64,000 nucleotides of DNA from Octopus sinensis (lineage: Eukaryota), in NCBI RefSeq assembly GCF_006345805.1, contig NC_042998.1, positions 151,280,001-151,344,000 on the forward strand, given 5' to 3'. Position numbers and translations under genes: made by a program. The notes below the pieces were generated by a model. It made no database searches, was not told where the DNA came from, and saw only the letters and a program-made list of their open reading frames with translations. Position 1 is the first letter of the stretch; every line of letters begins with the position of its first letter. Positions 1 to 13,049 of the stretch are shown in pieces.

Positions 1-3000
1 TTCAAATCTTCCCGACACACAGGAGCTGGACGTACCCCACAACCGGAATATTCCAACAGATGGCCATCCATGCCCGTCATCAAATAACCAAAAGAAAAAG
101 AATGAAAAAATGGTCTAGGGAAGATAATAAGGAAGTTCTTATGGCCTTCTACCATGCCATATATTTCCCCACAGATAAATCTAACACTGTACAAACCTAC
201 ATAAACTGGAAACAGAAACACCCTTATGTAAGACCCTACATAGACAGTAACAAACTTGCCAACGTCAGAAGAAACATTATAAAAAAAAAATTACTGATTG
301 AAGTAGAGATTGACCAAATCAAACAAGCAGTAACGGATAAAAACAACGAAGCCGCAGCTAAAGAAGATAATACAGAGGAAATAATTATAGACCAGCCCAG
401 GGCTGATAAAAACGCAGTAAGGATTGAAAGAGTTAGTATAACTGATAGGCAAAGTGAAATACTCACTGAACCAATCATAAACACTAAGGCAAATGAACAT
501 CAAATAGAAGAAAGTCACACAAATATTGACCCAACTGAACTACATGAATTAAAGAATCAAATCATGATTGAATGGCTGAAAATTAAAGAAACCAGTATGG
601 ATGAACGCGATACACACCCTAAAATCCGCAATTCTAACCAAGACATGAAAATAATTGGTAAAATCCGCCTTGCACTTAAGGATATAATTTCAGCTAATGA
701 TGTTAATATCACAGATCTCAACCACCTGTACTATGCATCCGCGAAAATCTCAAAGATTCTATGTGGTGAAAAGATTAGAAAACGGCAACAATCCCACAAA
801 AAGCCTTCTTGGCAAGAGCGTATCCAACATCAAATTAAACTACTTAGGTCTGACATTGAATGTTTGAAAAACCTTAAGGTTGGCAAGACAACCAAACCTA
901 CAAAAACCCCAAAATTAAAGAAAAAATATAATGAAATTGATGCCACCATAGAAACCATCAAGCAAAAGGCATCTGCTAAAGCTACCCGCATAGCAAGGTA
1001 CGAAAAGCGTGTTAGATTCTTCAAATAACCCAAAAAAATTTTACAGGAAGATAGGGAAAACAGCAGTTACTGTAAAGTCTGTACCATCAAAAGAAGAAGA
1101 GCATGGTTTTTGGAATAAAATTTGGGCAGAAGAAAAAACACAACGAAAAGGCCCCTTGGATTGATAAAATAGCTACGGAGTTGTATTCCTAAGAAGAACA
1201 AAAGTGGGAGGGTTTCAAGGCAGAAGATGTAAGATCTGCTCTCAGGAGGTCAAGGAAAGGATAAAATTCCTAACTTCTGTTTGAATGCCTTCCCAGAGAG
1301 CCATGAACTGCTAACAGAACTTTACAATGATATTTTGCAACACCCTAGTAGGATGCCTGCTTGGCTAGTTAATGGTTTAACATTCTTGCTCCCAAAAAGT
1401 GAAGAAACAAATGAACCAAAAAACTATAGACCCATAACCTGCTTAACAACTATGTATAAAACGCTAACATCTGTCCGGACGGAATATACCTATAGTTTTT
1501 TAATAGACTGCAGCATATTCCCTGATGAACAGAAAGGATGTAAACGTGGATCCTATGGTTGTAAAGATCAGCTACTCATCAATAAGATGATCTTAGAAGA
1601 TTGTCACAAACGACACAAAAACTTATCAATAGCCTGGATAGACTATAAAAAGGCTTTTGATAGCCTACCACATAGCTGGATTAAGAAATGCCTGGAAATG
1701 TATAAAATAGCACCTACTCTGCGAAACTTCTTGTCTGTAAGTATGAGATCATGGAGAACCACACTAACTTTGAACAGTGACGATGAATCTCTAAATGTTG
1801 GTGATGTAAAAATTTCATGTGGCATTTTCCAGGGTGACTCACTATCACCACTCCTCTTTTGTTTAGTCATAATACCTCTCTCAAAATTGCTCAATGCTGC
1901 ACAGTATGGATATAAAATGTTGGATAAAAATATAAATCATCTCATTTACATGGATGATTTAAAGCTCTTTGCAAAAAATGACCAACAACTCAAGGGCTTA
2001 CTAACGATTGTTAAACAATTCAGTGATGACATCAGAATGCAATTTGGCCTCGATAAATGAGGAAAAGCTACCTTTATCAAAGGAAAAATGACAGAAACAT
2101 CTAACGTTTACCTTGACCAGCAGAATGTCATAAAAGAGTTAGACCCAGCGGAGAGCTACAAGTACCTAGGGGTAATTGAAGGGGACGGAATAAGGTATTC
2201 AGTGATGAAGGAACGGATTATGAGAGAATGTTATCGCAGAGTAAGAGCAATACTCAAGACAGAGCTGAATGCGAGAAACAGGATCGAAGCGATCAATGCT
2301 TTAGCCATACCAGTCGTGACTTACAGTTTCAATATCGTTAACTGGTCAATTACTGAAATATGTAATCTTGACAGAAAATTACGAAAACTGTTGACAATGC
2401 ATAGAATGCACCACCCTAAGGCAGATATAGAACGACTTTATCTGCCAAGAAAATAGGGAGGACGTGGACTTTTACAACTGGCAATAACAATGAAGATTGC
2501 TGCAATTGGCCTAGACACCTACCTGAAAAACTCTGAGGAATGGATGTTAAAACTTGTCTCAAAACATGAAAACAAGAAAGCATCATACTCAGTAACCAAA
2601 AAGGCAAAGGAATATCTAAGTGAATTCCGAATACAACAAATTTCGGAATTAGACACACAAGATACAAGCACAGAAAAAGCTAAGCGCATGAAAACCCGTG
2701 CTAAAACTGCTGCCTTAGATATTCTGAATGATAAATAGCAAGAAAAACCTCTCAATGGCAAATACCCAAAGAGAGCGAATAATGCAGATGTTGACAAAGC
2801 CCTGACCCAAAATGTGGAACCTGAAGACTAAAACAATACCTGTTGTCATAGGTGCCCTGGGAATGATAGCAAAAGGGGCTGATTGCTACCTAACTCAGAT
2901 ACCAGGAAACCCAAAAATGGCAGAAATTCAAAAGATAGTGCTCATGGGAACTGCTCATATCCTACACAAAGTACTTTCTATGTAATCTCAAATTTTAAAA

Positions 3001-3175
3001 CAAACATAACTTTCGTATGTTTTTTTTAAGCATTCACTAGTACAACACTAAGTACAAAACCAAATATATGGCACCCTAGGCATAACACCAACATGAACTT
3101 CCAACTTGTTGTCTCTTGAGGTCTCTGGGTGAGACTTGGAGCCAGCTTGTGCAAATGTAAAGCAAAAGTCAAACA
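1..3175 (+). mobile_element. R4/Dong-like (RLE-type) non-LTR retrotransposon, decayed, with internal deletion of zinc knuckle/endonuclease
   Basis: ORF pieces 60-1028, 1281-2060 (NYRPITCL, QKGCKRG, AWIDYKKAFDS, GIFQGDSLSPLLF, YMDDLKLF), 2088-2456 (YKYLGV, HHPKADIERLYLPRK) and 2490-2738. After ...DKALT the sequence jumps to the C-terminal MWNLKTKTIPVVIGALGMI near 2810. Several stops and frameshifts. Confidence 0.9.
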
Positions 3176-3196
3176 TTATTATTATTATCATTATTA

Positions 3197-3280
<84 letters not shown>

Positions 3281-3530
3281 GGATGAAAGAGCAGTGCATG
3301 CCATCAAAGTGACACTGGGGTAAAATATACGAAACATACTATACCCAACATGACTACCCGTTTGATAAGGGTACACCAGGCACATGCATCACAACTATAT
3401 GTGCACGACATGGTGATCTTATATCAAGATAAACAGCGCATGGGCTTGCAGGTAGGGCCCAGTTAGAATTTTCTTCAAGTCGAGAAACCCATCCCGCTCA
3501 AAAGGTCACTGAATAAGGGTTGTTTAATGA
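3281..3530 (-). mobile_element. 3' part of a non-coding interspersed repeat ending in an (AAT)n tail (same family as 55152-55703)
   Basis: Reverse complement matches ~55450-55700 (ccagtgtcactttgatg(g/a)catgcactgctct; gtgtacccttatca). The (ATT)n tract at 3175-3280 is its tail. Confidence 0.8.
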
Positions 3531-3597
3531 TGTTGTCATCATCATCATCATCATCCTCATCATTATTATTATTACCACCACCACCACCACCACCACC

Positions 3598-3643
<46 letters not shown>

Positions 3644-3655
3644 TCATTACATTGT

Positions 3656-3950
3656 AGGACGCATAACATAGTGGTTAGGGTGTTGCACTCACGATGGCGA
3701 GATCGTGGTTCAATTCCTAGACTGGATGATTCGTTGTGTTCTTGCGCAAAACACTTCATATCACATTGGTCTACGATTACTTCGATACCTGACGCGTGGT
3801 GCAGCGTGCACCTGTTCAGGTAAACGTTTATTTGTTGGAGAGAGTGAGCTAATGTACAGCACATGCATTTGATCACTACAAACAAATCAGTTGTGCAGCT
3901 CGTTAGGCAAAAGATCTGAACGATCATACGTCGTCTTCAACGGAATAGTC
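3656..3950 (+). mobile_element. tRNA-derived SINE
   Basis: A-box-like tagtggttagg and B-box-like ggttcaattcc, followed by gtgttcttgcgcaaaacactt (CORE-like). Confidence 0.65.
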
Positions 3951-4439
3951 CATCATCAGATTCTATACTAGTTAGTAGGTAAGCTATCTTGATGTTTGGT
4001 GACAAGTCTTCTAAAATTTCAATAATTTTAGGATTCTCGCAAAATACAGGACTACAGATCAGTAACGCAAGTCGACCTGTAGAAAGAACAGAATGAGAAT
4101 TACAGGATCTTGTGGACCTCCCATAAAGAATGATATATTAAAATAAAATATACATTCCCATAAAGACAAGATATATTAAAATACAATGAACGTTAAAAGG
4201 ATGGAGAGTAACGATATACAAAGTTATGAAAAAAGAAAGTGGAGAGAGGTGAGGACGTTACACAATGGGTGGATTAAGCTTTTTATTAAAACGTGAAGTA
4301 AATAATTATCATCTTAGTCTTGTACAATCTCCTCATTTAGATCCTGGTATTTTAGGATTCTACAGGCTGACAATGCAAGTCTCATTGCCAATATTTTTCA
4401 TCCTATCACGTAGCAATCTGGGTGTTTTGTCAAGTGCAC

Positions 4440-5320
4440 AGGAATAATTATCATCTTAGTCTTTTACAGTCTCCTCAGCTAGATTCTGGTATTTTCTCAA
4501 TTTCTTTGGCATCCATTCTATTATGATATGGTCTTACTCTGTTTTTTTTGTACTCTATAATTACATCTGGTCTTCTTGTTTCAGCAATATGGTCAGTATT
4601 TATGGGAAATCCACAAGATCCTATAATTCTCATTCTCCATCATAGCCTCTAGCATGTGTTTATATAACTTTTCTATATATTTTGAAACCAGACACTCGAC
4701 TAAAATCCCAGTGTATCCTTTTGCCTACACAGACATGCCTGTACGTATACTCCTTTTCCAGTAGTATACAGCATTCACTCGGAAGATGACTGATACTTTT
4801 ATCGTCTTTCCTACAGATTCTACATTTGCTGTCTGACTGATTTGTGTCGAGCTTTGCCTTTATCAGATTTATTCTAATAGCTTGTTCCTGAGCGGCTATA
4901 ATTGAAATTTCGGCCTCTCATTTCAAGTTCCCATTGGGCTATCAGAACCAGTATTCATTATTTTCAGTATCTTCAGTTTGTTGCATGAATTGGTCATGTG
5001 GTTCCATTTTGTTTCCATCTGCTTGTCCTGTTGTTCTTCCATCACTCTCGAATTCTACTATTTCAGTAGCTTCTTGAGCATCTCTAGTAGCCGATAGCAT
5101 TCTTTCTTTACTCGGCACAACATAAGTTTTCAAACTCAACATCCCGATACTAACAGCATCTTCCTCCTGTCTTTCTGGTAAGGAGAATCAGTCGATATTA
5201 CGTTTAGGGTGGAGTGCGTTATGCATTGTGAGCAGTTTTGTAGTTCACCTTATCCTCCGCAGCTCGACCTTTGTCCATTTCATAAAGGGAGCAAAGTATC
5301 TTAACACCCGGATAACCCAT
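4440..5320 (-). mobile_element. Highly decayed RLE-type LINE fragment (N-terminal piece joined to endonuclease piece)
   Basis: Minus strand 4640->4445 reads ENENYRILW..TDHIAETRRPDVIIE..MDAKEIEK, like the PD-(D/E)xK region of R4-like elements. Short duplicated or inverted copies at 4090-4128 and 4303-4352. Confidence 0.5.
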
Positions 5321-5419
5321 GTATTTATTGCTCTGATGGTATCGGCCATTGTAGAACAATGTAAACATTTAAGTTTGCATTGGATGACGTGCTAGAGAGA
5401 TAATTAAATTCTACACACA

Positions 5420-5467
<48 letters not shown>

Positions 5468-5469
<2 letters not shown>

Positions 5470-5733
5470 CCTGCTCGTGAAATTAACCTGCAAGTGGCTG
5501 AGCACTCCACAGAAACCCGTAACCTTAACGTGGTTCTAACGGATATTCATCGTGACACTGAATGTGACATGTCTAACCCTTTGAAATACAGGTACTACTC
5601 ATTTTTGTCAGCTGAGTAGATTGGTGCAACGTGAAATAAAGTGTCTTGCTCAAGGACACAATGTTGCACCGGGTATTGAACTCACGACTATACGATCGTC
5701 AGCCGAATACCTTAACCACTAAACCACGGGCTT
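5468..5733 (-). mobile_element. tRNA-derived CORE-type SINE
   Basis: Minus strand: tagtggttaaggtattcggc...gagttcaatacccgg...gtgtccttgagcaagacactt. Its 3' part (gtggagtgctcagccacttgca) recurs at 58553-58670. Confidence 0.75.
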
Positions 5734-5751
5734 TCACTACCACACACACAT

Positions 5752-5792
<41 letters not shown>

Positions 5793-6359
5793 TGTATGTA
5801 TGTATGTATGTATATTTATATATATACAGATATGAATATTTATACAAATACATATATATGTGTGTGTGGGGGGGTATATATCTATTTTTCTCTCTCTTTT
5901 TCTGTGTATCTGTGTGTGTGTGTGCACTTATGTATTTCAAAGATTTAGCAGAAACACAGCAAACGGAAACTTTAACAAAAGTATAACGAACTGAAAATTC
6001 GTAATAATTCCTCCTCGGTCAACGTTAAAAAAAGATCCTTAAAATTTCGCGCCCTTTATCGTTGAGATATATAGTTACATATATAAACATACGTAACTTT
6101 TAACGTATCTATTTACCACCCGCAACGAGATACAAGCATGTTTGTGCGATTGGGCTTAGAGACGGGTGTACAAGGAAACTCAGTACGTTGTGAAAGTTTT
6201 TCTTTCTTTATATTTTCGAAATGATTTTCAGCTTCAGGTGAGTGCAAAATGAACGGTGGTTTATATCGTGGTGATGGCCTCATTCTATCGAGAAATTGCA
6301 ACGGTCACAAGTTAGACAGATTTAGGAAAATTTGATTAAATTATTTCAAGAAATAGGGT

Positions 6360-7560
6360 TACTGTAGATTCAAACTTTATCCACTTAATTTTCTTGACGC
6401 AACGTGATAGTTGGACAACGATTGTTCCAGGCTACAATACAAGCAAGAAGTTAGTATATATGCATAAACAATCGAATCACCCACCTTCTATATTGAGGGA
6501 CTTGCCTAATAATATTAGTAAACGGGTATCCTCGTTACCATCTAATGAAGATGCTTTTATCGGTGCAGCTAGTTATTGTGATAGCTTAGAAATAGTTGGT
6601 TCTCTGATAAGGTTAGATACGTAAAAAAACACTGGGAATATACAACATAAGAATAGGAATAAGAAAATGGATATTTTAAAATACAACCCAGTATTCAACC
6701 TAGCAGTAAAACCTAGTATCCGGCGAATTTGTTTTCAACAAATCATCTACAATTCATCTACAGCAGTTAATCTACGGATACAATTCGTCTACGACCACAC
6801 ACACACACACATACAACCACACACACTCACACACACAACCACACACATATACAACCACATACACAACCACACACATACATACAACCACACACACATACAA
6901 TCACATACACGCACACACATACAACCACACACAGATAAATTGTTGTAGATGAATTCACCTAAAACCATAAAAACTAATATATATTAAGAATTTCCTAATT
7001 CAATAAATCACCGTTTTCCGCCAGGGCATAACCATAGAAAAGTATTAAAAAGTAACTGTGTTAAGGTCAGCTATTCTGCTTGCAAAAGTTTTGAAAGCTA
7101 TATTGGAGATTCTAATGCTACAAAGTTCAATAGAAGAGATATGCAATTTGTGAGAACTGACTACAAGACGGTAACTGTCAGACAAAGTTTATAGTTGAAT
7201 CAAACAACAGTGATCAACTCAAAACATATATTGGGGCAACGGAACTCATATTCAAAAGCCGTTATTACAATCATAAACACTCATTTGTCAGCCCCACCGG
7301 AAAATGTGCTACAGCTTTGTTGAAGTTTGCATGGTTCTTGCGTAAGACAAGTCGTCATGAATTCGAAATTACCTTATCTATTGTAGATAATGCGCAACAA
7401 TACAGGAACAAAAGCTTCAAATCAAAGATGCAGTGTCAACTTTCGTTGATTGAAAAACTGAGAATTTTGATTCAAGGTACCAGTAGTTTGAACAAAAAAG
7501 TGAGATGTTAACGCCTTGTATGCATGTGGCTGAGAGTCTTTTATGAAAATACAAGCCTCC
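6360..7560 (+). mobile_element. Penelope-like element relic (RT thumb + GIY-YIG)
   Basis: YMHKQSNHPPSILRDLPNNISKRVS; YNPVFNLAVK; RFPPGHNHRKV..CVKVSYS; YIGATELIFKSRYYNHKHSF. Confidence 0.8.
6716..6967. mobile_element. MITE with imperfect TIRs and 9-bp TSD (Mutator-like), inserted in the Penelope relic
   Basis: Ends gtatccggcgaatttgttttcaacaa / ttgttgtagatgaattcacctaaaacc. Flanks taaaaccta (6707-6715) and taaaaacta (6968-6976). The host sequence resumes after the insert. Confidence 0.6.
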
Positions 7561-7688
7561 TTGAATTTCACTCTGGTTCAGAAAAAAAAATGTTGGTTTT
7601 CGAAATGTTTAATTAATAGGTTTTATTAATATATGTTTTAATATGTATATGTCCGTGTTTACATGTGAGTATATGTATATAGGCATAG

Positions 7689-7737
<49 letters not shown>

Positions 7738-8331
7738 AGATATATATATATATATATACATGTATGTATATATCTAAATACGAACATATTATTCAGTGTA
7801 TATATATGTGTGTCTATGTGTGAACATATGTATATATGTATGTGTCTGCACAGACGCATATAGAATGAACACCTGCATACACACTCACTGTTTTTTTTAA
7901 AACATTAATTTAGAATTATTAATTAACAGTATTATTTCAAAGTATTATTTTGGAACATTGCTTGAACAGCAATGCACTTTCATGACTTCGATTGTATGGA
8001 GTTTATGAAGTTTATATAATAGTATCACGAAAACCAGAAATGAAATCAAAGGCGTGAGCTTGAAGCAGTTATTTTTGCACATGTCTTTCGTCAAGGTTTT
8101 TTAAAGGAAAGAGCATAACGATAAGCGTTACCTTCAAACTTTCGTTTCATGTCTCAAAAATTATTCAGACCTTAAATCTTCAAAGGAAAGCTAGGCTCGT
8201 TTACCAGCTAAAAATCGGATATGGGCAACCCTGAGTACTGGAAATTGGAACATTTCGGTTATAATGAATTAAAGAATACTCTACATTTGTATTGAGTCCA
8301 GTAATTTATTGCTTATAGTGTATCATCACAG

Positions 8332-8377
<46 letters not shown>

Positions 8378-8551
8378 ATGTATGTATGTATGTATGTATG
8401 TATGTATGTAGTATGTATGCATGTTTGTATATGTGCTTATACATATATATCTATGCTTATATATCTATACCTATATTTCATTTGTCTATACACCTGTCTA
8501 TCTCCACTCTGTTGCTGTGTCTCTATTTCTCTCTCTCTCTCTCTGTATATG

Positions 8552-8584
<33 letters not shown>

Positions 8585-8585
8585 A

Positions 8586-8720
8586 TTCTTTTATTATTTT
8601 ACTTGTTTCAGCCATCTGACTGCGGCCATGTTGGGATACCGCATTTAGTCGAGCAAATCGACCCCGGGAAATACACCAACATCGGGTGTCAAGCGATGGA
8701 GGGAGGGAACACACACACAT
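8586..8720 (-). mobile_element. Fragment of the abundant SINE family (see 34080-34498)
   Basis: tacttgtttcagccatctgactgcggccatg...tagtcgagcaaatcgacccc...gtcaagcgatgg. Confidence 0.75.
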
Positions 8721-8762
8721 ACACTCACACACACACACACACACACGCACATGCATATATAT

Positions 8763-8800
<38 letters not shown>

Positions 8801-8829
8801 CGAGTGTATATGATTGTGTATAGAAGAAT

Positions 8830-9260
8830 ATAATACTCAAAGAAATTCCAGCTTTTTCTGATTTTCATATTTTATTTACAATTTTATAAGATAATATAAG
8901 ATAATATAATGAAATGATAGAATATTAAATGTCCATTCTGATTGAACTAGTACCTTCATGCATTAAACTATGCAATCTTCCGGTTCATGTAGTAGTGGTG
9001 ACAGTTATGTTTTAAAATTTACAATTGTAGTGAGATGGCTAAACTATGTGTCTTAAATACATTTGTATAGACTCTAGAACATTAATTTTTGCAAACTATA
9101 TTCTGACCAATTAGTGTGTGGTTTTACTAAATTACTTAAGTTGATTGGTGTGTAGTTTAGGCGTCACGGTGTGTTGATCATGTCAAGAGACTTGTATTGT
9201 GATCCTAGCCAAAGCAGTAATTGTTGGGCTATTTTTAGAAATGTTATAAACAACATTTCC
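8830..9260 (-). mobile_element. Penelope-like 3' end/pLTR with degenerate hammerhead motif
   Basis: Decayed GIY-YIG C-terminal-like coding sequence followed by TGAAC-CGGAAGA-TTGCA..TGCAT-GAAG-GTAC-TA-GTTCA (8943-8987). Confidence 0.55.
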
Positions 9261-9539
9261 CTGGGATTTTTATATTTCAATTATCATCATCACCATTATC
9301 ATATCCCTTATTATTGTCGTCGTCGTCGTCGTTGTTGTTGGTGGTGGTGGTGATGGTGGTAGTGGTAGGAGTAGCTGTAGTAGTAAAAAATAACAAATAA
9401 GATTATTTTTACTGTCTTTTCTCTTGACTTAGTTAGTATTTTCCTGCTTTCGTCATCATCAGCACCTTTAGTATTGTTGTTGCTGTTAGTGGTAGTGGTC
9501 GTAGCAGTAGAAATAGTACTTCTAAGTATTAGTATTATG

Positions 9540-10800
9540 GTTTATTTAGCTTGGGTTGGAATTTGTTAATATAGTTCTTTTCTCTGATTTTTCTCTCAGT
9601 TTCTCTTGGGCTGTGTAGTTTGTAGAATGGAAATACTATAAATATTTTCCGACCACATGTTGCTAGATGGTTACTCAAAGGTATCTGACGGACATCTGGG
9701 TCTCTGATTTGCTGTCAGTGCACACGTGAAGTTTTGATAGTGCATTTCTAGTCTGACCCACATATGTTCTTAACAATTTGGGCATTTGATGCAGTAAATT
9801 AAATTTCTGCTTTTGCAGTTCATATTTGCGCTTGTGAATATTTTTCCGGGTTTTGTGTTCATATATTGGCCAGTATGTATGAATTGGCAAGTGTCACATT
9901 GGCTATCATTGCATTTAAACACAGGGAACGATTGGTCTTTGTTACTAAGGTCAAACTTTGCCTTTTTAAATAATTTCTTCAAGTTTTTAAGCTGTCTTTT
10001 ACTAAGAACCATAGTTCGATCTGTGTGTAAAGGCGTATCCCGTCAAAACTAAGTAGAAGTGAATTTGTTTCAGTTGTTTTGGAAAGAGAGGAGAGGATCA
10101 ATGTCATTCCGGATGAAACTGGGTATGTAGGTACATAGTGGTTTCAAAGGAATATCAATAAAATTACTTAGATGGTGGGTAGAGCATGCTGGACCAGCTA
10201 CAATAGGTCTTAAGTCTTTTGGATGCAGTAATCTTATGTACTCACTTTCTTGTTCTTTTACTGCATGTTGAATATCTTTTGATCTATGTATTTTCGGAAA
10301 GCTGTAGAAGTTGCTAGTTTGGGCTCGAAATAGGTAATGTAGTATCTTTTATTATCTCTGAGTTGTGCTATTTTGAAACCAGGTTGTTGATATTCTTCAT
10401 GATGTGGTGGTCTATATTTGTAGGTATATCACGATAGAAGGTTGTGTCCTTCAGTTGGTTCTCAACCAGATCCTTATAGTATTCTGCATCCATAATAACA
10501 CTTGCACCACGTTTATCTGCTTGTTTAATAATTATTGTTTGATCGTTTTGTATACGTTTAAGAGCAAACATTTCGGATTAGTTAATGTTTGGCCTGACAT
10601 TAATTTGCGTCTTAGGGAAATTTTGACAGGATATCAATTTATTGGTCAAGATAGTTGTTTCTTCCTTTTGGTGGGGTAAAATTTGATTTACTCTTTATTA
10701 GGGATTCATCAATCACATTACTTTTATTAGTGAAGAATTCCACAAGTCGTAACTTACGACAGAAGTTTTGGATATCCTCCTTTAGTTCTTGGTTGTTGAC
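9540..10800 (-). mobile_element. Penelope-like element, internally deleted (RT N-terminus fused to GIY-YIG)
   Basis: IIIKQADKRGASVIMD; FYSFPKIH; LRPIVAGP; then CNDSQCDTC, NCKSRNLIYCIKCPNC and YVGQT. Confidence 0.88.
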
Positions 10801-10916
10801 TGTCTGCTAGGGATGATATCAGCTCGCTTCTGCATGCAATACATATACTTCAAGCGAATATATATATATATTGCGTGCAGAAGCGAGCTGCTGTCAACTC
10901 TAGCAGACGAGTTGTC

Positions 10917-10965
10917 CAGTACTGAGGAGAGGCAGAAATAGCCCGAAACGAGGGCTTGTCTACTG
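10917..10965 (+). ncRNA. Type I hammerhead ribozyme motif
   Basis: Stem I CAGTA/TACTG; core CTGAGGA; stem II G(A)GGC-AGAAATA-GCCC; GAAA; stem III ACGAG/CTTGT; GTC cleavage triplet ending at 10960. Confidence 0.75.
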
Positions 10966-11198
10966 CTCGCGTCGCTAAGAGATAGTAGGGGTTCGCTCGC
11001 CTGCTGGCAATTTTATCGGATGCAGCCGTGCATCGTTAACCAGCTAGAGGAGATGTCCTCTTGGGGCTAAAATCGGCAGTAGAGTCCGCTCGAATGGACA
11101 GCCATGTTGAAGTGACTACGAATATTACTTGCCAGTACAACTACAGCGTTGATCTCAGAGAGATTTTAGAACTATCAATTTTGCTTTTATATATATAT

Positions 11199-11299
<101 letters not shown>

Positions 11300-11308
11300 C
11301 GTATGTAT

Positions 11309-12225
11309 ATGGGTCATCCCATAAATAATGCGTTTTTTTTCAATTGCATGAACTAAAACCGGAGGGGGTCGGGATAAACTATCTGCATCAACTTGCTATA
11401 AAAGTAGGTAATGATTTTAACTTGTCCTTATTCTTAGTGCAAGTTTTGAAGAGTGCGGTTCGATTTTAACATTTATTTTTTCAAAACTATAATGGAAGTG
11501 ACAAAGGAGCATATTCGGCATACTTTGCTTTCAATAAAGGCTAGAACGCAACAGAAAGTGCGAGAAATATTAATGCCGTATATGGGGATCGAACAATAAG
11601 CGTAAACCAGTGTCAACAACGGCTACAGAAATTCCGAGCAGGAAGCTACAGCCTAGAAGACAAGCCTCGTCCTGGAAGTTCTATAGAGCTCGATGAGGAC
11701 GTCCTGCAAACCCTGGTGGAACAAAATTCCATCGTAACTGTTGAGAAACTAGAAGAGAAGCTTAGATTTGGTCATTCAACGAGTCATTCAAGGCAGTGCT
11801 AGAAGAAAAACGACCATCTTTGGTTTCAAGACAAAAGGTATTCTTCCATCAGGATAATTCTCAGCCACATACAGTATGGATGACATTCCAAAGGTTGGAT
11901 CAGTTTGAATGGGAAACGATGCCCCATCTATCATATTCGCCGGACATTGCCCCATCTGATTATCATTTATTCCACAGTCTTCAAAATCATTTGGACGGAA
12001 AATATATGAATTATGTAGACAAGGTCAGAACAGTACTGCAGGGATAGTGTTCGTTTGGGACAAGAGAATTTTGGAAGAGGAGCCTTGCAAGTCTACTAGA
12101 TTGATGGAATAGCATTATAGAAAATGAAGGAGAGAATATTTTAGATTAAAAAAGAACTTTGATTATCTTAATTTTGAAAAATAAAAGAAATGGAAAAAAC
12201 CTGCATTATTTATGGGATGACCCAA
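11309..12225 (+). mobile_element. mariner transposon, internally deleted, both TIRs present
   Basis: TIRs gggtcatcccataaataatgc / gcattatttatgggatgaccc with TA flanks. Transposase pieces MEVTKEHIRH, PRPGSSIELDED, FHQDNSQPH and YSPDIAPSDYHLF. Confidence 0.92.
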
Positions 12226-13049
12226 TATATACGGGAAGAAATTGGAAATTGTCCATTGAATAAATTCGATTGAGTCGGCTTGTTTACCAAACATTTCACT
12301 CAAGGAAACAAGATTTTAATGTTTTATGTTTAAAACTAATTTTTTTCTGGTTAAAAAATAACAATATTGCAGTTATTCCATCTTCTCACTTCTCGCCAAT
12401 AATTTTCACAGGTTAACACTGGAGAATCTCACAACCAATCATTTTCATAGAGGGTGGGGATACGAGAATGTCTGTTGGTTGGTTAGGTGCCATCGTCAAG
12501 TGATTTGTCGTTCTTTGACTAAGCCTACTAAAACACAAGCTGCGTTGAAAGCATTTCACGAGATAAAAATTTATCAGATTTAACGTTACAAAATGTTTTG
12601 TGATCTGTGTGACGTGATGAAAATATAGGAAGCTTGTTTGAAATAGAAATCGCTTTCAAATATATTCTTTCATTTTCGTAAAACATCTATTTTGGTTCAC
12701 ACTTTCACTGTTAAACATGTTAAAGGACGCCCATCTTTATTTCAACTATTGTGGGATGGAGGTTAATTTAGTGTGTGTACATGCAATCCCCTGTATTTTT
12801 AAGTATTATATATTGTTGGTGTTTAAGATTAGAAATTAGAACCACCACATATGGCTCGCACGCGGCCAACAAATATTTTCGCCAGGTCAGTAGATGAACA
12901 CAATCCGATATCAAAGGCATTCCAGCTATGATCATTCCATATCATAAAAAGATAACTACTACACATACATCTACACATGCATATACATATGTGTATGAGA
13001 GTGTAGGTGTCTGTGAGTGTGTGTGTATTTGCGTGTGCGTTACGTCTGT

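Noticed and set aside
1281-2060. Retron, group II intron or DGR reverse transcriptase
   Set aside because: Motifs, C-terminus and context match R4-like non-LTR retrotransposons.
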